Shown here: positions 15,551 through 34,725 of the stretch, piece after piece
Layout: each line of letters opens with the position of its first letter
Position numbering within the stretch: position 1 is the first letter of the stretch
NCBI RefSeq assembly: GCF_009914755.1
Contig: NC_060934.1
Reading direction: 5' to 3' (one strand)
Length of the DNA: 64,000 nucleotides
Source of the DNA: the human T2T-CHM13v2.0 reference genome, Homo sapiens
Program-made: the position numbers and the translations under genes
The notes under the pieces: generated by a model
The model's input: only the letters and a program-made list of their open reading frames with translations
The model's database searches: none
Told to the model about the DNA's origin: nothing

Positions 15551-15815
15551 CAAAGGTTGGGAATAATAATGAGAGACTCTGAAAACGCCTAGCCCCTGCC
15601 TGATGCAAGGGAGGTGCCCTGTGAGTTTGTTCTGTCCTGTGAGTTCCTTCTTTCACTGCCACGCTGACCTTTCCTTCCAGCCACAATTCTCAGTCCCTCC
15701 AACCAAATCTTTATGTTGCTCCTTATGGCTTCTTTATACTCCTCTTTTACTATACTGTGTCCATTTTTTAGCCACCTTATCTGCTCTGTGGGCTTCAACA
15801 AGGCTATTATGCCAA

Positions 15816-16169
15816 TAATATGGTTTGGCTTTGTGGCCCCACAGAAATCTCACCTTGAATTGTAATAATCCTCAGGTGTCAAGGGTGGTGACAGGTGGAG
15901 ATAATTGAATCATAGGAGCTGCTTCCTCCATACTGTTCTCGTGGTAGAGAATAAGTCTCACGAGAGCTGATGGTTTTATAAATGAGATTTCCTCTCGCAA
16001 GTTCTCTTGCTGGCCGCTGTGTGAGGTGTGCTTTTGCTTCTCCTTTGCCTTCCACCATGATTGTGAGGCCTCTCCAGCCATGTGGAACTGTGAGTCCATT
16101 AAACCTCTTTCCTTCATAAATTACCCAGTCTTGGGTATGTCTTTATTAGTGTGAGAACAGACTAATACA
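15816..16169 (+). mobile_element. THE1/MST (MaLR) solo LTR
   Basis: taatatggtttggct...gtgagaacagactaataca; TSD gccaa (15811-15815, 16170-16174). Confidence 0.92.
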
Positions 16170-16254
16170 GCCAATGAGTTATAAATTGTATCTCTGGACC
16201 ACATATTTTCCAATCAGTCTTGTCTTCTCTTTTCTTTTTTCTCTTCTCTTCTCA

Positions 16255-16470
16255 TTTTATTTTATTTTTGAGACTGGTCTCACTCTGTCTTCCAGGCTGG
16301 AAAGCAGTGGTGAGATCATGGCTTACTGCAGCCTTGACCTCCCCAAGCTCAGGTTACCCTCCCACTTCAGCTTCCTGAGTGGCTGGGACTACAGGCATGT
16401 GCCACCATGCCAGGCTAATTTTTGTATTTTTTGTGGAGACAGGGTCTTGCTATATTGCTCAGGCTGGTTT
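16255..16470 (-). mobile_element. AluJ, 5'-truncated
   Basis: Diverged right arm plus part of the left arm. Confidence 0.85.
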
Positions 16471-17227
16471 CAAGTCCTTCATTTCTCTGAAGCCTCCTGG
16501 ACATTGTACTAGATTTCCTTCAGGCATCCCCAACCCAAATATTTTAATATAAATGGTGTTTAATTCTGTCTTGATTTCCCATATAAAGAGACAAATCCCA
16601 TTAATCACACCTCCTGAATGTCACTTGAATCCGTATTTCCTTCTTGACTGCCATTGCCATTGTCCTAATCCAGATGCCTCAGCCCTTCTGATTCCCTACA
16701 ACAGCCTTCTAAAAGGCCTCCCTGATTCGAAGACTCACACGCTTGCGCACCCCACGCCATCTTGAGAATCCCATTCCAATCAGACTTACCTTTCTGTAAG
16801 GCAATCATAGCCCTATTACTCTTCTGGCTTAATTCATTAAAAAAGAAATCTTCATTAATTGGGATAGAATTCGATCTCCACTGCATGGCATCGAGGTTCC
16901 TTCACACTCACTCTCTGTTCTGCACCTTTAGCTCATTCTTTTTCCTTGGCCTGAAACATGCATTCTCCCCTGCTCAGCCTTTTGAATTCCTGTCTGTATT
17001 CAAAGACTCCACTCAGGTCCTTGAAACAGCTATTCTTGATCCTCCTGAGGTAGTATTGTGCTCCCTGGAATTTTGTACGTGCCATGATCACAGCATTTAG
17101 CCATTTGAAAGAGATTGGATGTAAACAAATCGTTGCAATCAATCTGATGAGAGCACTCTGAAAGCAATATTTGCTTCTGACTCATTTTACTTTCCCAGAA
17201 CCTGTCACATAGTAGGGATTGGTGTTT

Positions 17228-17298
17228 GAATGAATGGAGGAATGAATGAATGAATGAATGAATGGAGGAATGAATGAATGAATGAATGAATGAATGAA
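17228..17298 (+). repeat. (GAAT)n microsatellite at an L2 3' tail
   Basis: GAAT run with a duplicated gaatggaggaatgaat... unit, following an L2-like ccagaacctgtcacatagtagg. Confidence 0.85.
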
Positions 17299-19046
17299 TT
17301 CAGTTCCTTTCTATCCCGATCTTGGCAAACTAAATTGCATGTGTTCTCTTTCTACTTTTACTTATATGTTCAGGGGCTGCTAGGTATTCCAATAGTAATG
17401 AATTTGGCCCCTGTCCATTCTTTTATTAAAATAAAGCAGGCTTCCTGCCAAACCTGACTTTAATCTTAAAAATCTCTGTCTTCAGAATAAACTCTTGCCC
17501 TCTGTCCTAGCCAGAAAAACTTCAATCATCTTGCTTTTATTTTGAGGAAGAATTGCTCAATCATTTTTTATATATGAAGATTTCCAAACCCCCAGGAACT
17601 TATTAAAAATTAGATCATAGATTTAAAGGGGATTTGATAACAAAATCATTCCCTAATAAATATCAAAATATTACTTAATGCAGTTGTCCTAATTAGGCAT
17701 CAAAAATTAAGTTTTTGTTAGATACACAACAGATTGATACCTGTACTGTGCTTAATGGTCTGAAAAGTGCAGTGGAATGACCAAATTTCTTAGTATGCCA
17801 CATACATTTAATGAAGAAAAGTTGCACATCTCTGAACTACATTTTTTCATCATTTTTGTCTAATTTAAACTATATTCAGAACTGTACAAATGTTGCCATC
17901 ATTTCTTTCATTGAAGCATTTACACATCTGCAGTTGAAGTTATTTCTTGCAAACTTGATCTTTATTAAATAGATCTGATTTATGTTCTGCAGGCTTAAGA
18001 AAGGTCAAATTAATTTCATCATCGTTTCACTTTCCACTGGCATCTGTTGTGCAGCATGGTACTGCTGTTATAAATAAGGCTTCCTCCTAAGGAACAACAT
18101 GGTGTCTTAAATTATATCCAGTGCCACAAATGATTCCAACTCCAGTTCTAATCAGGCTCCATGGCTCTGGCATGTCACACAGGGCTCTTTTGAAATTTGT
18201 TCTAATATGTCGTATATTTCAAAGAATTGTGCATCAGAAGTTGACTTACAAGAGAAAAAAAACTAAAAAACAGCACAAAAATCATATATTACTCAGGACA
18301 AAGAAGAAATTGCAAGAATAAACTGGCTTTGAATATATGCATGAACATATGTTTAAGACTCATAGTTTTGTAGACTCTATCATTTTCAGTTGCCTGTATC
18401 TGCCTACTGTAACCCATCCGTTTTGCCCCAAATCAGTAAGAGCTCTTGCAAGCAAATAAAATGTCAAAATACTTTTCTTGGTGTGGTATGGCTGATATAA
18501 ATATGAAGATCCTCAAACTTGAAGTACAAACGAAATCACCTCAAACTGTGTATCAAACTTTAAAAAGTTGTCCATCAACAAACTGCCAAAAAGAAAAAGG
18601 AGAATTAGCTTGACTTAATTCTGGAATTAGTTTTTCTATTGCAGATTTATTATTTTTGCATTATATTTTCCTACTGGTTATTTTATTAATGTAGATAAAT
18701 TATTAATTTGGCCTTATTATTTTGAAGCAATTTCATCATCTTACAAAACTTTTATACTTTCTAATTCCTTTTTTAGGAGATTGCCTTGCATGTTTTCAGC
18801 ATCAAGACATCCTTTGAACATGATGGCAAATTTGTCTATTTTTCTTCCAATCTTTTTAAATTCAATGCCCGAAATCACCAGAAATTATAGTGTAAAATAC
18901 CAATCTTTGGTTCTAGCTCCCAAGTGTAAATAAAATGATATCAGTAAATATACTGAATACTTATTGCACTTGATAACTTTTTAAGGAATCACCTTAAGAT
19001 AAACTACCCCTATTTTAATATGTAAATCTTCTTAAAATTAAGAATG

Positions 19047-19357
19047 GGTCTGGGCACAGTGGCTCACACTTGTAATCACAATGTTTGGGAGGCCAAGGTG
19101 GGAGGCCCCCTTGAGGCCTAGCTTGAGGCTAGGAGTTCACAGACCAGCCTGGGCAACATAGCAAGACCCCATCTTTACAAAAACATAAAAAAATTAACTG
19201 GGCAAGGTGGCCTACACCTATAGTCCTAGCTACTCAGAAGGGTGGGGTAGGAGAAGCACTTGAGCCTGGGAGTTTGAGGCTGCAGTGAGTTATGATTGGG
19301 CCACTGCAGTCTAGCTTGGGTGACGGAGCAAGAAACTGTTTCTTAAAAAAAAAAAAA
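19047..19357 (+). mobile_element. AluJ
   Basis: Diverged full Alu; TSD aagaatg. Confidence 0.92.
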
Positions 19358-21612
19358 GAATGATTTATGAATTTTAACAAGTGCCGTTCAACAGTTATTG
19401 TAACAGTATATTATTTTTCCTTTGACCAAAGACAATAGTGAATTATAGCTGTGTAAACTTATAAAATCAATAATGGGAGAGACAGGAGTCTGTATAGGGC
19501 AGAAGAGCTCCACAAAAGAGGGCTATCTTCCACCTGGAAAATCATAGTGATTATATAGGAAGGCCTTCTCTGAATAATTAATTGGATGCAATTTCTTGAT
19601 CAGCAATTGAATTCCTCGTTTCATAAGTATCATAAGGTTAACTGCAAAATGGGCAGAAATGTTGGTGATTCATGGAATAAGTCCCAAGATGTGCTTGCCT
19701 AACCAAAGAATAACCAGAAGTAGACAAAGAAGTGGCAAAATCAAATGGGCAAATAACATACATTTGTTGGAGCACTAAGTAAGCATAAAGGTAACTTTCT
19801 ACAACCATTAGAATACTGATGTCACTGCCGCCACCATCCCCCTTCACACAGGGACCACCTAGCAACATGGCTTTTAAAAAAGACTCATGAGAGAATTCAT
19901 ATTCATCATGAATTACTTCAACTGGAATGAAAGGGAAAATTATCGACTTTATGATTGGAAATTAACTGCAACATTAGCTAATTTGCCTGGACATGCTCCC
20001 AGCTACCCCGATTATTTCTCAAGTGGAGTAGAGGGAGACAAAAATAAAGGGAAAAAATCATGAATGCTTTGTACAATAAAAGTTGTGTTGACATGACATG
20101 TAGAACTCAGCGAGGATGTGTACATGACACCAGAAAGTATCCAGACTGCCAATATACACCATTTATGTACCATTGTAACTATACAATGAGCAGGAATTAT
20201 GAGAATGAAATTAATTTCTGGAACATTGTGTTGACTCTTGAGGCAGGAATTGGAACGTAACCAGAAAAAAAGGCTCTTTAAGAATATGATGTGGCTTAAG
20301 AGTTGAATTAGTTTCCTAGAAAGAAACTTTGTCAAACTATTAGGTACTTTTAGCCATTCCCAATTATTTTCATGCCCAAGAAAAGCCACTATAAACCAGA
20401 CAAGGTAATTTTCACTGCCACTTGGCCAAAGCCTCATATAATTTGCTGCAACTGCCTAAGCCTCCATTTCCTCCTAATAATGGGGCCTTAATCCTGCCCT
20501 TTGCAGGGACAGCGGAAGTTATTTATGATCCCTAAAGCACCACTTCAAAGACGATTCTAGAGAAATAAAAAACGTCGAAAAAGCACTTGCACACCACTTA
20601 CCAGACCATGCGGGACTTCTTTACCAAACTGCACAAGATTCTGCAGCTTTGGGATAAGAGGATTTTTCAATCCATTTTTCGGTTCAACTTTGTCAGAAAT
20701 GTACTTTTCTATTTATGCACATATTTAAACTGTCTAACATCATGCATCTGAAAAATGACAAAAATGTGGACAAACTTGGGAGGTAAATGAAGAATAATAG
20801 CATGGGTGTAACTTGGGAATCCCAATGCTAATAATGAATAAGATGTTGCCAGAAAATGCACGAGGAAATGATCGGAATCTCAGTCCACAAACTCAAGTCT
20901 TTTTTAAAAAAAGACATTACTTTTGTTATTTACTTTAAATAAAGCTAATATGACTCTGACAACATATCATACCATTTTCCAAGGACATCTTTTCTTAGAT
21001 ACTATTGTGGCTTACTCTCCCTATAAAAAGTCAGGCTGTAGGAAGCCAATATGGAACCCATATATGGGGAAATGGATGAAATTTCCAGTTCACCATGCTT
21101 TCTGCCGACATTCATATTTTTTATTTTTTCAACAAATCATTTTAGAACCCATTAGCATATAGCATAGAACTTTAGATTGCAAATTTTCCTAGACAGTGAA
21201 TCTAACTTCTGGCACCAAATAACTGGTTAACTTTAAGAGAGTCACTCAATTTCTCTTTTCTCAGTTTTAGTTCGGATGGCCCAAATGGCACATCATGAAA
21301 CTTTATAAACAGCAATTGTGGTACACTGATGTCTTGTCAAGTGGAACACAGACTGGATTTCCTGGGACAGCTAGAAAAAAGCTCCCTGAAGATGCTAAGT
21401 TAGAGATGGACGCTGCATAAGGAGAGAGATGAAAGGCAAACCGTCTCAGACAGAGGGGAGAGAACATGACACAGCCTGAATGAAAAACAGGGATGCAAAT
21501 AGGATGAGAGTGAGAGGGCCCCAGGGCGAGTGTGGAGAAGCAGGCGGGGATAGAAGTGAGAAGTTTTAAAATGGGGGTGACTTTGAACTGATTTAAATTA
21601 AGCAATAACATA

Positions 21613-21922
21613 GGCCGGACACAGTGGCTCACACCTGTAATCCCAGTACTTCAGGAGGCTGAGGTGGGAGGATCACTTGAGGCCAAGAGTTCAAGGCCAC
21701 CCTGGGCAACACAGTGAGATCCCATCACCATACAAAATAAAAATACATTAGTGGACGTGGGAATGTGTGCCTGTGGTCCCAGCTACTCAGGGGCTGAGTC
21801 AGGAGGATGGTTTGAGTCCAGATGTTTGAGGCTATAGTGAGCTATGATTGTGCTACTGTACTCCAGCCTGGGTGACAGAGCAAGATCCTGTCTCTTAAAA
21901 ACAAACAAAAACAAACAAAAAA
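21613..21922 (+). mobile_element. AluJ
   Basis: Diverged full Alu with (CAAA)n tail. Confidence 0.92.
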
Positions 21923-21994
21923 TCAGTCATATGTATTACATAGAAAAGACTGAAGGAAGGCCAGCATGGGAGAAGATAAGAAGCTACAGTAGAG

Positions 21995-22547
<553 letters not shown>

Positions 22548-24410
22548 TTAAGAAAGCAAGTGTTCCATTGACAAAGCGTCTTCATTGTCTATGCCCACAA
22601 TGTAACCTTGGAGCTTGGTGTGCTCTTCTGAGGACTAGAACCCTGGAGAGCCTGGGGGTCCTGGGATTCCCTCTCTTTAGAGGATCTCAGAGTGGTTCTT
22701 CATTTCAGCCTTGTCAAGGAGTGAGGTCAGGTTTGCTAGACCTCACAGGTTAAGACCCACAGACCTCTCCCTATGTGAACAGGAGGCAGCTTCTTTCTTC
22801 TTCATACTTTGCTCAATTGTTTCTGTCTCCTTCCTCTACCTTACATGGCTCAAAGGGATTTTTGCAAAACAAAATCCAGGAAGTATTAGAGTAAATTTCT
22901 GCATTGGGCCCTGCTTCTTATCTCCTCCAAGCTATGGAGAAACTGTTTGACAGCACTGTTACCTCTTTACTTGGGAGAAAGGAAATAAGAAACATATGAC
23001 TTATTTGTGAAAGGCCCATATGTGCATAGCAACCCACAAATGCTAAAGGAGCTGAGAAACCAATGAAGGAGGCAGACTAATCTAGTGTGTTGGTATTGGG
23101 TGATTTATGAAGAGAACTTACAGACAGAAGCATGGTCTTGGGTAGCTGTAAGACAGGTAGATTTCTGCACTGTTCCTTCCTACACTCAGGGCTTATCTAC
23201 TGTAGGGAAAGGGTTTACGTGCTCCAGCAAGACAATGAAAGGCAACCTTCCAGAACAGGTAAGAATGCTATATGCATCATTGTCTATAATTTATGCAACA
23301 ACATCAGTGTTACTCTGATCCATGTTCTTACCCTAGGGACAGTAAATAAAGTAGGAATCAGGAGGCATTCATGGGACTGGCGCTCATCAGAGGTTAACAT
23401 GGTAGATTAGCACCCAAGATGAAGTTGCTTTTGTCTCCACAATGGCAAAAGTAAACATAGATTAATATCCAAAAATATTCAGCTCCGTTGAATATGAAAA
23501 GAAAGCATCTTTCATCTCCTGAACCCCTTTCTCTGTTAAATAATACCCCTTAGGGGATTTTACTCACAATTTGCCATCAGCTTTGGGCCTATGACACTTT
23601 ATTTTCCCACTGAGGGCCCCTTAAAATATTTATTCATTCAATAATTCCAAGCTTACTATTGACTACCCACTCAATAGTAAGCTTGAATGTATTGGGATAC
23701 TGTCTATCTATAATCCCTGTGTCCTGTGCTAAAGCCTTTATACATCCTCACATTTGATCTTCAACACCACCCTCATCTCCAGCCTTCACCTGTGATTAAA
23801 GAAACTCAGGAATTTAAATCAGCCATTCAAAATTATTAAATCAGATGTTCATAATTAAAATTATTGGGTTAGGCAGTGTACTTCCTGCATCACCCCCATT
23901 CTTATAATCGAGAGAAAGAAAATATTCAAATAGTGAGTGGCATAAGGGAAAGATACTTGGCATGAGTAGAGCATATCATCGAAGGATTTGTGCCTGTGTG
24001 AGATGTCAGGAGGGCTTCCCGGAGGAAGTGGCATATGTATTTTGCTAGTGGAAATCTTGACGATAAAGAGCTATTGACACACAAATATGAACAATGAAAA
24101 CAATGGGATTTAAAGGAACTTGAATTTTACTCCACTTTTGTAGTCACCCTTAAATAATTCAAATAATTATACTATCATCAGGTGGCAGCCTAATTAAGTA
24201 GAACTGTGGCTTTATTCATAGGGCATGTGCCTTTGAACAGCTGGTTTAAATTTCCTGAGTTCCTTTACTTAGAGGTGGAGAGTGGAGATGAAGGTGAAGC
24301 TAGAAAATTAAATGGGATGATATAGAAAGGTTTTCAGCACAGGTCATAGGGATTATAGATACACAGTAAGTGGTAGTTCTCTTTCATCCTTCCCCACTTT
24401 GTAAACCTAG

Positions 24411-24716
<306 letters not shown>

Positions 24717-25221
24717 AACCTAGTTCTCTATTTACTCTCTTGCAATCAACATGTACTAAACTCCTGCAAGACATTAATATCCATGAAGGCAGGATCTGTG
24801 TTTTCATTTCAGATTCATCAGCAGGGAGTTGTTTCTGGATTATGCACATCTGTTTAATAAATGTACTTGCATGGTTGGTTATTTATTCGCTTTAATAGAC
24901 CAGGGGCAATTACCGCAACTGACCATGATGTGAAAAAACACATTTAAAAAAAGAGTATAACACTGATTCTTATTTCTAAGACACAGAAGATGGCAACAAA
25001 TTGAAAGCTGACACGCGAAAAATGCCCAGGGTTTGACAAAACCTGTGGAAGTATGGTGACACACACCTAAATTGCCATATTTGTGTTTTTTGAAATCTTA
25101 GGCATATTTTATCTTGAGCTTGATTTAAACTGCTTCTTGACATAGTTACTGCTTCTGTGATGTAATATGAGTCAGGCAGAATGACATTTCTGGGACTACT
25201 TTGTTTTCCACATTTAATTGA

Positions 25222-25697
<476 letters not shown>

Positions 25698-26295
25698 TAA
25701 ACATTCTCAGAAAACAAGACTCTTTTGAAATATCTCTATAAATGCTGCTGGCGACATTACGCTGTGTCCACTTTAGTGTTTGGTTGAACTTGTTTCTAGC
25801 CTTCCAAATCAGGTCCAATAAAAACATATTGGAGGAGAGAAATGGAATATCCCAACCAATGTTTACCATCCAGATCACTTTCAAAGAACAGCTCACGCTA
25901 GATAAATGTAAGACAAAACATTGTGCAGCCCCAACTGTTAAAATGATGGAAAACAAATCTCAAGGCATTAAAGGTGGCAGCTCAGAGGATGTCTTTAACC
26001 AGATACGTGTAACTTTATAAGTTTTGTGTAAAGTGTATTTGCTTATTTTCATAGATATGTGTTTTTAACTAGATTTTTATCCTTGTAGATTAGTCAAATG
26101 TTTCCTAAAATCGAACTGAAGCTTTCAATGCAGTGATCTGAGGCTCTTTTATGTTATTTTTCCTCGTGAGAAGATGGAGAAGAATTTGTCAGCATTCTCC
26201 ATATACTGCTCCTCCAAACGAATGTGAAATCTCCATTCCTTTGGTTAAATACAGTTTAGGGATTCCATTTTGTATCTTTTCTTTAAAATGTTGTG

Positions 26296-26595
26296 GCTGT
26301 GCATGGTGGCTCATGCCTGTAATCCCAGCGCATTGAGAGACCAAAGCAGGAGCATGACTTAAGGCCAAGAGTTTGAGTCCAGCCTAGGCAACATAGCAAG
26401 ACCCCATCTTTCTAAAAAAAAAAAAAAAAAAAAATTAGCCAGGCATGGGGGTGCACACCTCTACTCCTAGCTACTTGGGAGGCACAGGTGGGAAGATCCT
26501 TTAAGCCCAGGAGTTGGAGGCTGCAGTGAGCCATGATGACCACTGCACTCTAGCCTGGCAGACATAGGGAGACTCTGTCTCAAAAAAATAATAAA
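26296..26595 (+). mobile_element. AluJ
   Basis: Diverged full Alu with a long middle A run. Confidence 0.92.
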
Positions 26596-26599
26596 TTGA

Positions 26600-32480
<5,881 letters not shown>

Positions 32481-32534
32481 ATCCCCTTTGTCCAACATAT
32501 TTACTTTATCATGTGTGTGGGTTTAAGAACCATC

Positions 32535-32757
32535 AGGTCTGTGTTTGGGTTCACCAGAGAAACAAAACCAATAGAATATATAAGGATATGAAAGAGATTT
32601 ATGATGAGATTGGCTCATGCAATTTTTGGAGGCCAAGGAAACTCATCTGCATCGTTGGCCATCTGCAAGCTGGAGTACCAATAAAGCTGGTGTGGTCATT
32701 CTGTCTGAGTTCAAAGGCCTCAGAACCAGGGAAGCTGATGGTATAACTTCCAGTCCA
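32535..32757 (-). mobile_element. MLT2 LTR fragment
   Basis: gggttcaccagagaaacaaaaccaatagaa...ctgcaagctggag...aaaggcctcagaaccaggg. Confidence 0.7.
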
Positions 32758-33443
32758 CTACCTTATTGCTAGCATTTTTATCTTATGTACGTATGATTGT
32801 ATTTCATATCATAAATGAAGATTCTTGTTATTCATATTATATCTATTTAACTTCCCTCTTTCTATTGGTTAAGAAATCAGCTCTCTAATTTACCAATATA
32901 GCAATGGTACTTAATGTGATCTGCTGTTAATGAAAACTTAGAATACAACCCAATTATAGCTATATAATTTAATGTCATTTAACCACTTGATGCACCCAGT
33001 GTCATTTCTATTTATTTAGTTAATCAATACACTGAAAGGCACTCAGTATTGTATTAGATTTTTCCAGGGGCCTTTATGTGTCTCTGGTTCAGACTTAATG
33101 TATGAAAAAATGTTTTTAGAATTGATCAGCTTACAACTTCTGCAGAGGTCAAGATTTTCCAACCCCATCCTCCTCCTTGCTTAGCACATTTATAAATCAA
33201 ATGTAACACATCGTAAGAAGAGGACCTGGGGTATGGGAATGTAGGTAAAGATTGTTTGGTGGCTGGGTAAAAACAAGACACCATCTTTTTTTTCCTTTCA
33301 ATCTCGATAAACTGTAAGTTTCTAGGGCCTAGGAACTTAGAACCTGGCCCACCATAGGTATTTAAGGAATGCCTAGAAATCTAGAATGAATGTTAATTGA
33401 ATGGATACATTTATCAGTGAGATTATTAATAAAGAACCCAAGA

Positions 33444-33735
33444 GGCCAGGCATGGTGGCTCACGCCTGTAATCCCAGCACTTGGGGAGGCTGAGGCCGGC
33501 AGATCACCTGAGGTCAGGAGTTCGAGACCACCCTGACAAACATGGAGAAACCCCATCTCTACTAAAAATACAAAAAATTAGCTGGGCGTGGTGGCACATG
33601 GCTGTAATTCCAGCTACTCGGGAGGCTGAGGCAGGAGAATCGCTTGAGGTTGTGGTGAGCTGAGATCGCGCCATTGCACACCAGCCTGGGCAATAAGAGC
33701 AAAACTCTGTCTCAAAAAAAACAAAAACAAAAACC
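33444..33735 (+). mobile_element. AluS (Sp/Sq-like) with a right-arm deletion
   Basis: Alu body lacking the aacccgggaggcgg segment; flanked by ccaagag. Confidence 0.93.
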
Positions 33736-33759
33736 AAGAGAGGAGAAAAGAATGGTATC

Positions 33760-34240
33760 TGAGGTCAAGTTCCCCATTTCCCCAAAGCAGACCCTGAGAG
33801 GTGGCTGCATCTGCAAGTGACTTATTAAGGAAGTGCTCTTAGGGAAACTCATAAGGGAGCGGGAGAAACAGGTCAGGAGAAGAAAAGAGTCCAGCCAGGG
33901 TGAGATTTCAGCAAAGTCCCAGTCTCAGCCTGGCTGCAGGGAGACCTGGAGCGTAAGTCATGCTGTGGGATTTTTTTTCCGATTGGAGGCAAGGGTACTG
34001 GGCATTCAGACTCTAAGTCCTGTACCTGTGCACTCCAAGGGGTAGGGACTGGGGATGTAAACTCCAGTGTGGCCAGATCTTTGGGTGGAGGCTAGGTGCT
34101 TTCTGTAGCTCAAGGGAAGGACACCTAACAGTTTCAGGTGTAGGCAATTTGAAACTAAGGCACAAGGATACCAGAAAGAAGCTTATTGAATAAGTAAGTG
34201 ATTCTGAAAGACCTGAGCAGAATGTGGATTATATCTACTA
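33760..34240. mobile_element. Old MLT1 (MaLR) LTR
   Basis: aagcagaccctgaga...tgcaagtgacttattaaggaagtgctc motif; approximate. Confidence 0.55.
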
Positions 34241-34567
34241 CCAGTGGCAATAGTTACTTGATAACAAAAAAGAAACAGATTAGATACTGTAGGTAGCCCA
34301 GTGTGGACAATAGACAGGACAGGGAGGTGTTTTGACAGAGTGAAGGTAGGGAAAGAAAGGTCTTTGTGAAGAATTAGTGTACACTGATATACCAGTTATG
34401 CACTTGGTAACAGTAACGAAGGACTCATCAGTATATACTAAATATGGACTTTGTTATTTTTTAAAAATATGTAATATAGGTAGGCAATATACAATATATA
34501 TAATGTAATATGCAACATGTATATATATGTCTGTATATATAACAGAATATGCTCTCTCTCTATATAT

Positions 34568-34725
34568 TGTTTTAAGAGATAGGGTCTCACTCTGTCACCC
34601 AGGCTGGAGTACCTTGTCACACTCATAGCTTACTGCAGCCTTGAACTCCTGGGCTCAAGCGATCTCCCCACCTCAGCCTCCCAAGCAGCTGGGACTACAG
34701 GTGCTCACTACCATGCCTGGCTAAT
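34568..34725 (-). mobile_element. AluJ right monomer/FRAM with TA-rich tail region
   Basis: gggtctcactctgtcacccaggctggagt...cctggctaat. Confidence 0.85.

Noticed and set aside
20012-20437. 141 aa ORF
   Set aside because: No recognisable homology or exon structure.
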